Source: Candidatus Bathyarchaeia archaeon
GTDB taxonomy: Archaea; Thermoproteota; Bathyarchaeia; Bathyarchaeales; Bathycorpusculaceae
DNA: 64,000 bases
Assembly (NCBI GenBank): GCA_049521795.1
Contig: JBEKOM010000001.1
Span: forward strand, 160,001-224,000
Reading direction: 5' to 3'
The notes beneath the pieces were generated by a model. That model saw only the letters and a program-made list of their open reading frames with translations, was not told where the DNA came from and searched no databases. Below are positions 10,474 through 19,365 of this stretch, piece after piece (the stretch's first letter is position 1; each line of letters opens with the position of its first letter). Position numbers and translations under genes: made by a program.

Positions 10474-10488
10474 TTGACGTTTTGTCAA
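10474..10488. promoter_or_regulatory. Palindrome TTGAC-N5-GTCAA in the divergent lrp/alba intergenic region
   Basis: Perfect 5-bp inverted repeat seen directly; function inferred. Confidence 0.35.
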
Positions 10489-10580
10489 CTGCGAATTGAA
10501 ACCGTAATGTATTTATTTGCCGAGAATGAAGGTTATCGAGCCTACAGAAAAAATAAAACCTAGGAGTAAGGCGGTACAAA

Positions 10581-10859
10581 ATGTCTGAAAGCAACGCAGT
10601 GCTGATCGGAAACAAGCCAGTAATGAACTATGTACTGGCATGCATAACCCTCTTTCACGGCGGAGCGAAGGAAGTGAACGTCAAGGCACGAGGGAGATCA
10701 ATAAGTCGAGCAGTCGACGTCGTCGAAGTCGTCAGACGCAGATTCCTGCCAGACGTAAAAGTCAAAAGTGTTGGCATTGGAACACAGCAGATGGCACCCA
10801 GAGAAGAGGGTGGCTCGCCTTCAAACGTGAGCACAATCGAGATCTCGCTTGCACGCTAA
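10581..10859 (+). CDS. albA: Chromatin protein Alba
   Basis: [14 protein letters not shown]...[16 protein letters not shown]...NVSTIEI. Confidence 0.97.
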   Translation: MSESNAVLIGNKPVMNYVLACITLFHGGAKEVNVKARGRSISRAVDVVEVVRRRFLPDVKVKSVGIGTQQMAPREEGGSPSNVSTIEISLAR

Positions 10860-10925
10860 GAATCGTTTATAGCTAGAATCAATGCTCCGCCGCCCCTCCT
10901 TAGTTCGCGGAGGGCGATTTTGTAG

Positions 10926-11435
10926 TTGAAGATGGGGCTTTGCAGCTTCTGTCTAAAGAGTGGTATGCTGTGCCAAAAGTGTTTAGCTAAAGTAGAGTCT
11001 GGAGAAATAAGCGAGCTTGACCTGAAAATCGCCCGAATACTGATGTCGTTAGAGGAAAAGTACCCCTCTCTTCAAAACCTATACTTTCACAAAGCAATCG
11101 ATGCCGACGGCACCTTGGCGATAGTGGTTGGCCCCGGAGATGTCCCACGCCTCCTGGGTTACGGAGGGAAGATTGTCAGAGCAATAGGCGACGAGACAGG
11201 CAAGAACGTGCGTGTTTTAGAGTACGGGGTTGATGACAGAAAATTTCTAGAAGACCTTTTTGCGCCTATCAGCATAATGACGATTAACACGATATGGTTG
11301 CCAGACGGAAGCATGGAAACTCGAGTTATTCTGCGAAGAAGACGTGTGACACACCCGTCTTTTGATGTAAAGGCTTTAAAGGAGATCGCCAGTAGAGTTC
11401 GCAACATAACGTTGCGAGTAGAGTTTGCGGACTAG
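10926..11435 (+). CDS. Archaeal NusA-like KH-domain protein with N-terminal Cys cluster
   Basis: CSFCLKSGMLCQKC, LLGYGGKIVR KH motif, INTIWLPDGS; conserved position next to aspS. Confidence 0.8.
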   Translation: MKMGLCSFCLKSGMLCQKCLAKVESGEISELDLKIARILMSLEEKYPSLQNLYFHKAIDADGTLAIVVGPGDVPRLLGYGGKIVRAIGDETGKNVRVLEYGVDDRKFLEDLFAPISIMTINTIWLPDGSMETRVILRRRRVTHPSFDVKALKEIASRVRNITLRVEFAD

Positions 11436-11456
11436 GCAGCACGGTGAAAGGCTCTC

Positions 11457-12776
11457 ATGAAACTGGATTCCATTGATGATTGGCGCAGAACGCACTATTC
11501 TGTTGACGTTAAACCTGACCTCGACGGCCAAGAGGTTACCCTTTTCGGTTGGGTCCAAGAAATAAGAGACCTGGGTGGAATTCGCTTCATAATATTGCAG
11601 GACAGGGAAGGCACGATTCAAGTCACCATCCTTCGAAAGAAGGCCCCCAGCGAAGTCATATCGAAGTCCGACGGACTGCAGAGACGCTACAGCATAGCCG
11701 TGAAAGGAACGGTGAAGAAGACTGACATGACGCAAAGAGGCGTCGAAGTCTTACCGAATGATATCAAGATTCTGAGCACAGCCACGCGAGAGTTGTCAAT
11801 AGACATTTGTGACAAGACCCCAGCAAGTATCGAAACGTGCTTGGAAGCACGAACACTGGACTTGTGTCGAGAAAAAAACATCGCAGTCTTCAAGGTCCAA
11901 CACACCGCGGTAGAAGCAATCAGAGGTTTCCTTTTCGAAAGAGGCTTCTTAGAGGTGCACACGCCTCGCATAATTGCCTCAGCGACAGAAGGAGGCTCTG
12001 CACTCTTTCAACTTGACTATTTTGACAGAAAAGCATACCTGGCTCAGAGCCCGCAGTTGTACAAAGAAGAGCTTGTCATGAGCCTGGAAAAGGTCTTCGA
12101 GATCGGACCCTTTTTCAGAGCTGAAGAGTCGCACACTCGGAGCCACCTGAGCGAGTTCGTGTCGATAGACATCGAACAGGCTTTCGCAACAGCTGAAGAT
12201 GTGATGCAGATACTTGAGCAGCTCATGCGACACGTTTGCAAGACCGTGGGTGAAAAACGTCAGAGGGAACTGAGGACGCTGAAATATAGCTTGAAGGTGC
12301 CGGATGTTCCTTTCAAACGACTAAAATACTCTGAGGTTCTCGAAGAACTGAACCGGGAGGGCATGGAGATTCCATGGGGACAGGACATACCGACACCAGC
12401 CTATAGGAAGCTGGGAAAGCTTCATCCGTCCTTCTATTTCATAGTTGATTGGCCAACGGAGACAAGAGCCTTCTACACAAAGCCGCGTGACGACTGCCCC
12501 GAAATCTCTGAAGGTTTCGACCTGATGTGGCGCTGGTTGGAGCTCGTTTCGGGCGGTACCAGAATAGCCTCGAAAGACCTGCTCATGAAGCGGCTTAGAG
12601 AGAAGGGTCTGAGCCCGGAAGCCTTCAAGCACCACCTTCAAGCTTTTGATTATGGAATGCCGCCGCATGCAGGTTGGGCAATCGGGTTGGAAAGGCTGAC
12701 GATGATGTTGACAGGTAAGAAGAACATAAGAGAGGTCACACTTTATCCTCGAGACAAGTTCAGACTGACCCCGTGA
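11457..12776 (+). CDS. aspS: Aspartate--tRNA ligase (archaeal type)
   Basis: GWVQEIRDLGG OB fold, LAQSPQLYK, FRAEES, GMPPHAG..IGLERL, PRD. Confidence 0.95.
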   Translation: MKLDSIDDWRRTHYSVDVKPDLDGQEVTLFGWVQEIRDLGGIRFIILQDREGTIQVTILRKKAPSEVISKSDGLQRRYSIAVKGTVKKTDMTQRGVEVLPNDIKILSTATRELSIDICDKTPASIETCLEARTLDLCREKNIAVFKVQHTAVEAIRGFLFERGFLEVHTPRIIASATEGGSALFQLDYFDRKAYLAQSPQLYKEELVMSLEKVFEIGPFFRAEESHTRSHLSEFVSIDIEQAFATAEDVMQILEQLMRHVCKTVGEKRQRELRTLKYSLKVPDVPFKRLKYSEVLEELNREGMEIPWGQDIPTPAYRKLGKLHPSFYFIVDWPTETRAFYTKPRDDCPEISEGFDLMWRWLELVSGGTRIASKDLLMKRLREKGLSPEAFKHHLQAFDYGMPPHAGWAIGLERLTMMLTGKKNIREVTLYPRDKFRLTP

Positions 12777-12871
12777 GGCTTCGATTAGCATTGTTCTTGT
12801 AAAAGTCGACATGGTATTTAGTTAAAAATGTGCTCAAAACTGATAAATAGCGGTTCCCTTACTGCCCAGTC

Positions 12872-14377
12872 ATGGGAGACCAGCCGAAGATCGCATGTGG
12901 AGTATTTGCAGCTGTAAACTACGATAAGCGGCCAGTGTTTCAAAACATTTATTGGGGTTTACGGGCTGAAAACCACAGGGGACATCAGTCTCATGGTTTC
13001 CTCACGTATTTTGACGGAAAGTTCCACGTTCACAGAAGCCTCGACCTCGTGCCGAAGATTAGAACGAGCGCAATTCAAGAATGGTTTGGCCGGTTGCCTG
13101 GAAATGTCGGCATTGGAAACGTGAGGTACACAACGTCCGGAAGATGCGACGAGAAATCGCTCGTGGAAGGCACGCAACCAGTGACAGCTTCAAAACAAGG
13201 CCATGGGCTCGCGATTTCCTACAACGGCAACGTGGTCAACACGTTCGAGCTTCGGAAAGAGATATCCAAGGAGTTTCCACAGTTTACCAGTGAATGCGAC
13301 GCAGACCTAATCTGCTATAAACTGCTGATCGAAGTCTTGAGAGGAAAAGATCTAACGTCCGCCGTTGGGACATGCATGGAAGAAATCGACGGAGCCTTTT
13401 CTGTGGCGTGCATTGACCAAGACGGCAATCTCTTCGCCTTCAAGGACCCACATGGAATAAGACCGTTGTGCGCAGGCCACAGCGAAGACCATTCAACGTA
13501 TGCATTCTCGTCTGAAACCGTCAGTTTAGACATAAACGGTTTCGTAAGAGATTTCGAGCTGTTGCCAGGAGAGCTGGTCACGGTTTCAAACAAGGGGTTT
13601 CAAAGACAGAAGCTCATAAAAGGGAAAGTAAAGGCTTTCTGCGCCTTTGAATTCGCATACTTTGCAAGGCCAGACTCACGGTTTGACAGCAAGTACGTCT
13701 ATGAGATTCGTGAAGAATTTGGAAGAAACCTTGTGAGAGAGAATCCGAAGGTTGTCAAGGACGCGGACATAATTCTTTCCGTGCCTGAAACAGGGGACGA
13801 CTCGGCCCTCGGCGTTCACGAAGCTTCTGGGTTGAGATGGGAGAGGGCTTCACGAAGACACCGCTACGTAACCGAGAGGGCATTCATCCTGCTTAGCAAA
13901 GACCGAAGCCCAACGATAGAGAGGAAAATCAACATCCTCGGTCCCAGAATCGAAGGAAAACGCATCATAATAACCGAAGACAGCATCGTCAGAGGAGACA
14001 CGACAAGGGTCATAATTGACAAACTGCGCAGGATGGGCGCCGAGAAAGTGTACGTTTTCGTCACTTTTCCACGGATAATCGGACCATGTCTGTACGGAAT
14101 AGACATGGCAACATACGGCCAACTCATAGGCTCAAGACACAGCACGGAAGAAATCGCAAAGATCATAGGGGCAGACGGCGTGTGCTACCAGTCACTCGAA
14201 GGCCTGGTACAAGCAACAGGGTTCAAGCAAGACGAGTTGTGCACGGGATGCATAACAGGCAAATATCCAACACCGCTGGCCCAAGCAATAGCCGATGAGA
14301 TGAAGAAACGGTTCTCGCAGGGTTTTGAAGAGAGAGAAAGACTGTACGAAATGGAAGAAGCTGTTCCTAGAGCCTAG
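12872..14377 (+). CDS. purF: Amidophosphoribosyltransferase
   Basis: Short propeptide then N-terminal Cys (CGVF), HRG, GNVRYTTSG, DPHGIRPL, CAFEFAYFARPDS, EDSIVRG, CTGCITGKYP. Confidence 0.93.
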   Translation: MGDQPKIACGVFAAVNYDKRPVFQNIYWGLRAENHRGHQSHGFLTYFDGKFHVHRSLDLVPKIRTSAIQEWFGRLPGNVGIGNVRYTTSGRCDEKSLVEGTQPVTASKQGHGLAISYNGNVVNTFELRKEISKEFPQFTSECDADLICYKLLIEVLRGKDLTSAVGTCMEEIDGAFSVACIDQDGNLFAFKDPHGIRPLCAGHSEDHSTYAFSSETVSLDINGFVRDFELLPGELVTVSNKGFQRQKLIKGKVKAFCAFEFAYFARPDSRFDSKYVYEIREEFGRNLVRENPKVVKDADIILSVPETGDDSALGVHEASGLRWERASRRHRYVTERAFILLSKDRSPTIERKINILGPRIEGKRIIITEDSIVRGDTTRVIIDKLRRMGAEKVYVFVTFPRIIGPCLYGIDMATYGQLIGSRHSTEEIAKIIGADGVCYQSLEGLVQATGFKQDELCTGCITGKYPTPLAQAIADEMKKRFSQGFEERERLYEMEEAVPRA

Positions 14378-14406
14378 CGCAAGAACTGGTCTTCACGGTC
14401 AATCCG

Positions 14407-15834
14407 ATGGCAGACGGGTTACTCATGGAAAAAGTGGGCGTGCTTGTCGTTTCTTATGGGTCAAGAGAAGTAGCCATGGTGGACGCTTTTGCCCGCAGCC
14501 GAAACTACAAAGTGGAGATCTACATTGCTGATAAGCAACGCAACCCCTTCAACGCGAAGAGGGCAGCCAAACACGTTGTAATACCTGACTTGAATGTTGA
14601 AGAAATCTGCAAATTCGCAGAGAGGAACAAGCCTGGAATTGACTTCGGTATCGTGGGCACTGAAAAACCGATAATCGAGGGAATTCGGGATCTCGTGGAG
14701 AAACGAACAGGAATACCCATGATCTGTCCAACAAAGCGATGTGCTATCGAGGGAAGCAAGGTTCAACAACGGCTCCTCTTCAAAAGAGTCGCCCCCGAAG
14801 TCAACCCGCGCTTTAAGATATTCAACCCAAAAGAGTACAAAACCGTTGCAGAAGTCAAGAAAGACGTTTACGATTGGCTCGACAAACTGGCTGACCAAGC
14901 TGTAGTTAAACCGGACAAGCCAGCAGCCGGAAAAGGCGTCGGCGTCTGGGGCGACCACTTCTCGAACCGAGAACAACTGTTCGAACACTTCCTCTCAAAC
15001 TACCAACACGGTTCAGTGATAATAGAAGAAAAAATCGAAGGAGAGGAATCAAGCTTTCAGGCGTTCTGCGACGGAAAACATCTTCTACCTCTGCCGGACA
15101 CCAGAGACTACAAACGGGCGTTCGACGAGGATAAGGGGCCGAACACGGGAGGAATGGGTTCGTACAAGGGCGTCGGAGACGTGTTGCCGTTTCTATCTGA
15201 TGCTGATCGTGCCAAAGAGCTGAACGTCGTCAACACGATCTTTCAAGGATGGAAAGGAGAAGACAGTTCAGCCCTTCGAGGCGTCCCTTTCTACGTTGCC
15301 TTCATGCACACGCGCAGAAAACTGAAGATTCTTGAGAACAACAGTCGACCGGGAGACCCCGAGATGATCAACATAATGCCCGTCTTGAAAGATGATTTCC
15401 TTGATGTATGTTACAAAATGTTGGAAGGAAACCTGACAAGGCTCCAATTAGAAAAAGCCGCGACAGTGGTAACCTACAAGGCTCCACCTTCCTACGGCGG
15501 ATACGCAGAAACCTTCCCAAGCCTTGTCAAAACAGACAGCGTTGACAGACCAGTCGACCTGGCGAGAGCTTATGAATTGAGCAAGAAATATGGTGACGAT
15601 ATTCGAATCTACCCCGCATCGATGGAAAAACGTGAAGGCAAGACCTTCGCCCTCAAATCCAGAGCCGTGTGCGCCGTGGGCATCAGCGAAAGCATAGAAA
15701 AAGCTCGGCAGATCTCACTTGAAGGCTTGAAGGCAATACGGGGTGGATCCCTCTGGAATCGAACCGACGTAGCCTCAGAAAACCACATAGAGAAAAGCGT
15801 AAAGCACATGGAGAAGCTGAGGCACAAGCCGTGA
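14407..15834 (+). CDS. purD: Phosphoribosylamine--glycine ligase (GAR synthetase)
   Basis: GSREVAM, IEGSK, VVKPDKPAAGKGV, DYKRAFDEDKGPNTGGMGS, ENNSRPGDPE. Start may be 14425. Confidence 0.93.
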   Translation: MADGLLMEKVGVLVVSYGSREVAMVDAFARSRNYKVEIYIADKQRNPFNAKRAAKHVVIPDLNVEEICKFAERNKPGIDFGIVGTEKPIIEGIRDLVEKRTGIPMICPTKRCAIEGSKVQQRLLFKRVAPEVNPRFKIFNPKEYKTVAEVKKDVYDWLDKLADQAVVKPDKPAAGKGVGVWGDHFSNREQLFEHFLSNYQHGSVIIEEKIEGEESSFQAFCDGKHLLPLPDTRDYKRAFDEDKGPNTGGMGSYKGVGDVLPFLSDADRAKELNVVNTIFQGWKGEDSSALRGVPFYVAFMHTRRKLKILENNSRPGDPEMINIMPVLKDDFLDVCYKMLEGNLTRLQLEKAATVVTYKAPPSYGGYAETFPSLVKTDSVDRPVDLARAYELSKKYGDDIRIYPASMEKREGKTFALKSRAVCAVGISESIEKARQISLEGLKAIRGGSLWNRTDVASENHIEKSVKHMEKLRHKP

Positions 15835-16913
15835 AGAGGCTTTTCATCACAGACTGCGAAGGACCCATTTCGAAGAACGACAACGCTCTCGAAACGCTGT
15901 CACATTTTGTCCCACAAGGCGACAGACTCTTCACCGTCGTAAGCAGGTATGACGATGTCCTTTCAGACGTGTTGAGAAGACCAGGATACCACGCAGGCGA
16001 CACGTTGAAGCTTGTGCTACCCTTCCTGAAGGCATACGACGTTACCGACGAAGAGAGTAGACAGTTTTCTGCCAGAAGCCTCGTCTTGATCGCACTCGCA
16101 GGGGACTCGCTTCGACACATGAGAAGCATTGCACCGGCATACATCGTCAGCACAAGCTACGAACACTACATCAGGGCCTTATGCAAGGCTCTTGAGTTTC
16201 CGTTTGAGAAAACCTATTGCACTAAGCTCAGCTTGGACGCGTACACCGTAACCTCAGAGGAGAAAGACGGCCTAAGAAAATTCGGCTGTGAAATCGCGCA
16301 GTTACCCATGTTCGAGAGTCCAGCAGAAACGAAGAGTCTAAAAGACCTTCCAGAAGAGGCTCAGACAACAATTCGAAGGCTGGATGAGATTTTCTGGAAA
16401 ACCATTGCTAAAATGCCGATCGGAAAAATCTATTCTGAAGTCAACCCTGTTGGAGGCAGAGAAAAAGCTGAAGTAATAAAGGACATAACAGGCAAGGAAT
16501 GCGTGGCTTTAAAGGACACGATGTACGTGGGTGACAGCATAACTGACGAGGAAGCCTTCAAGCTTGTGAAGGAAAACGGCGGTCTGACTGTTTCATTCAA
16601 CGGGAACCAATACGCTGTCAGAAACGCTGAAATCGCACTGCTCTCCGAGGACAGTTTGACGACGGCGGTGATCGCTGACGTTTTCATCAAGTTCGGAAAA
16701 ACGGAAACACTAAAACTAGTGGCGAAATGGAATAGCAGAACGCTAGAGAACAGTTCAATGAACGAGGACTTGCGAGAACAATTTCTCAAACTGCATCCTC
16801 GAGAACTGCCCAAAGCCAGAATAGTAACGAGGGAAAACATGAAAGACCTAGCGAAGGAGAGTAGCGAGTTTAGAAAGAAGATCAGAGGAAAAGCCATCGG
16901 CAGGTTAGGATAG
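15831..16913 (+). CDS. HAD-superfamily phosphohydrolase, EhaR-like
   Basis: [15 protein letters not shown] (motif I variant DxEG), IVSTSYEHY (motif II), K, YVGDSITD (motif IV), [12 protein letters not shown] overlap with purD. Confidence 0.85.
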   Translation: MKRLFITDCEGPISKNDNALETLSHFVPQGDRLFTVVSRYDDVLSDVLRRPGYHAGDTLKLVLPFLKAYDVTDEESRQFSARSLVLIALAGDSLRHMRSIAPAYIVSTSYEHYIRALCKALEFPFEKTYCTKLSLDAYTVTSEEKDGLRKFGCEIAQLPMFESPAETKSLKDLPEEAQTTIRRLDEIFWKTIAKMPIGKIYSEVNPVGGREKAEVIKDITGKECVALKDTMYVGDSITDEEAFKLVKENGGLTVSFNGNQYAVRNAEIALLSEDSLTTAVIADVFIKFGKTETLKLVAKWNSRTLENSSMNEDLREQFLKLHPRELPKARIVTRENMKDLAKESSEFRKKIRGKAIGRLG

Positions 16914-16915
16914 GT

Positions 16916-17830
16916 TTGATCAAGAAAGACTTGATTGAAGACACGTATGCCGAAGCCTTTTCAGGATTATACTGCCGCGTCTTAGTGACCGCGGATGACG
17001 AAGAGACAGTTAAGAAGGCTGCTGACGATGCGACCGCAACGCCTTCAGGTGTTATAGGTAGACTTGACAGCGGAGTCGAAAGACTGCTGGGGAAGAGTGA
17101 AACGCCCGATGCTCGAAGAGGAGCAATCTTGCAGTTCTGGAAGGGCCTGGACAGAGGAAAACCTCTGGAAGGCATGCTTGACCGTTTTGAAAAGGAGCTT
17201 TCCTACCGAATTCGTCAAGACATCTTGGTGAAGCCTTTCACAGCGGTCTTCGACGCTTTGTCCGTGGAGCCTGAGGGGAAAATGGACATGATGGAAAGGG
17301 TTGGCCACTGCGGAGACGGGTATGAGTGGGAAGAGCAACTGTACGGAAAGAAAGTGATCGTCGTCCCAATCATGGTGCCTGACTTTCTCATAGAGCGTTT
17401 CATCGGCTACGCGAGAGGAATCGCTGGCGGCAACTTCTGGTACATGTGCAAAACGAAAAAACAAGTAGTTCTCGCCGGAAAGAAGGCGCTGGCAGCCATA
17501 CATCAGGTTGAGGGCGTAACAACGCCATTCGACGTCTGCTCAGCCGGGTCGAAGACTGAAACGCGCTTTCCCCTGATAGGGCCCACCACAAATCATCCGT
17601 ACTGCCCCTCCCTGAAGAGGAAGTTAAAGACCGAGTCCAAAGTGCCAGAAGGCGTCAACTACATCCCAGAAATAGTGATCAACGGCATCTCCATTGACGC
17701 AGTTAGAAAAGCAATGAAGGCCGGCATAGAAGCGGTTTTGAGCGTTGATGGCGTGGTGAGGGTTTCTGCGGGAAACTACGGTGGAAAGCTGGGTGAACAC
17801 AAGATAAATTTGAAAGAGCTGTTTCGATGA
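16916..17830 (+). CDS. Formylmethanofuran--H4MPT formyltransferase paralogue (EhaS/Ftr-II-like)
   Basis: [66 protein letters not shown]. Lacks the canonical TSVIxCxxEAG segment (has [12 protein letters not shown]). Confidence 0.88.
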   Translation: MIKKDLIEDTYAEAFSGLYCRVLVTADDEETVKKAADDATATPSGVIGRLDSGVERLLGKSETPDARRGAILQFWKGLDRGKPLEGMLDRFEKELSYRIRQDILVKPFTAVFDALSVEPEGKMDMMERVGHCGDGYEWEEQLYGKKVIVVPIMVPDFLIERFIGYARGIAGGNFWYMCKTKKQVVLAGKKALAAIHQVEGVTTPFDVCSAGSKTETRFPLIGPTTNHPYCPSLKRKLKTESKVPEGVNYIPEIVINGISIDAVRKAMKAGIEAVLSVDGVVRVSAGNYGGKLGEHKINLKELFR

Positions 17831-18756
17831 GCAGGCTCGATGCTATAGGATTCGGCGCCCTCAACGTTGACAAGCTGTTTAAAGTGAACAGAATAGCCGC
17901 TGCTGAAGAAGAGAGCTTTGTAGCCTCTCACTCAGAGACTTGCGGCGGCTCAGCGGCAAACACCATGGTGGCCTTGGCAAGACTTGGCTGCAAAGTAGGC
18001 TTCATCGGCAAGATTGCCAGCGACGCTGAAGGAAGAATGCTGCTTCAAGATTTTCGAAAAGAAGGCGTTGATACAAGAGGCGTAACGGTTGCGACGACGG
18101 GAAGAAGCGGCAAAGTAATGGGTTTCGTGGGCAAAAGGGGAGAACGCGCATTGTACATAGACCCGGGCGTGAACGACGCAATAAAACTCGCCGAAATAGA
18201 CACTGAATATGCGTCAAACACTAAATTCTTGCATTTATCATCCTTCGTTGGAAGACAGTCGTTCGAAACACAGAAAAAACTCGTTAAAAAGCTGCCTGAA
18301 AAAGTCAAGGTGAGCTTCGACCCTGGAGCACTGTACGCGAGAATCGGATTTGCGAAGCTGAAGCCCGTCTTAGACAGGACCTCTGTGATGATGCCTAACG
18401 CGGGTGAACTGGCCTTACTGACGGGCAAGAGTGACTACAAAGCGGGCGCACGATTGCTAATTGACGAAGGGGTTGAAGCCTTAGCTGTGAAGCTGGGAAG
18501 CAAAGGATGCTACGTCATGGACAAAGAAGAAAGCTGCCTAGTGGAACCCTTCAAAGTCGAGGTTGTTGACACGACTGGAGCTGGCGACGCGTTCGACGCT
18601 GGCTTCATCTACGGACTACTCTCCGGCAAGAACATCAATGAAGCCGGAAAAATAGGCAATTTCATCGCCTCAAGGTCTATCACCGCTATGGGCGCCAGAG
18701 CTGGCCTGCCAACACTTGACGACTTGAAGAAATCTCTTGGCACAAGTCGAAATTAG
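17827..18756 (+). CDS. PfkB/ribokinase-family kinase (EhaT-like, putative nucleoside kinase)
   Basis: [44 protein letters not shown] overlap with the Ftr-like gene. Confidence 0.92.
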   Translation: MSRLDAIGFGALNVDKLFKVNRIAAAEEESFVASHSETCGGSAANTMVALARLGCKVGFIGKIASDAEGRMLLQDFRKEGVDTRGVTVATTGRSGKVMGFVGKRGERALYIDPGVNDAIKLAEIDTEYASNTKFLHLSSFVGRQSFETQKKLVKKLPEKVKVSFDPGALYARIGFAKLKPVLDRTSVMMPNAGELALLTGKSDYKAGARLLIDEGVEALAVKLGSKGCYVMDKEESCLVEPFKVEVVDTTGAGDAFDAGFIYGLLSGKNINEAGKIGNFIASRSITAMGARAGLPTLDDLKKSLGTSRN

Positions 18757-19198
18757 CACACGGCCATCCCTTAGGCTGCCAATCTATCAATCCTAAGAAA
18801 AGTGTGCTCAGCTACCAAGTGAAAGCCTGACCTCCATGGGAAATGATAGACGGTCAGCAACATGTGAGCGGGGCAGAAAAAAGAACTCCGCGTGATAGTG
18901 CCGTACATTGAAAAATCACAACCCTTGCCCAGACTCTCGGCAAGGTCCTCGGCACGCACTCGTCTGTAAGCCCGTACAAATCCACTAGGGCCTTCATTAA
19001 GGTCCACGTGCAGTACCAGTACCCTAGGGGGAGGGGGGTGCAATAGACGAGGCCAAAAGACGAATACAGGGATGTTAGGTTCTCTGTGGGCAAACCGTGA
19101 ACACGGCGACAAGAGCAATCATAACGTGCAGAGTTCTTTTCATCAAGCACGCAACCGTGCATGGAGATTTTCGAAGACAAGCTGCCCTAGAAGGAATG

Positions 19199-19275
19199 TG
19201 GTGCGGTCGCCGGGATTTGAACCCGGGTCGTCGGCGTGGGAGGCCGATGTCCTAGCCATGCTAGACTACGACCGC
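19199..19275 (-). tRNA. tRNA-Gly(CCC), intronless, CCA encoded
   Basis: Reverse complement GCGGTCGTAGTCTAGCATGGCTAGGACATCGGCCTCCCACGCCGACGACCCGGGTTCAAATCCCGGCGACCGCACCA; anticodon arm TCGGC-CT-CCC-AC-GCCGA. Confidence 0.96.
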
Positions 19276-19365
19276 ATTGTTTAGAAAATCTTGCACAGAA
19301 GAGACGACTAGCGTAGACTTTCAACCCTCGCCCCACGGCTCTTCAGCGATCGCACCTCGTCTCGT

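Noticed and set aside
16916-17830. Ftr as evidence of a methanogenesis or Eha hydrogenase locus
   Set aside because: No fwd, mch, mtd, mtr, mcr or hydrogenase genes are in the window. The gene is a divergent paralogue embedded in a pur operon.
18771-19180. Track ORFs 18771-19118 and 18854-19180 between pfkB and tRNA-Gly
   Set aside because: They overlap each other, have unnatural composition and show no motif; probably non-coding or decayed sequence.
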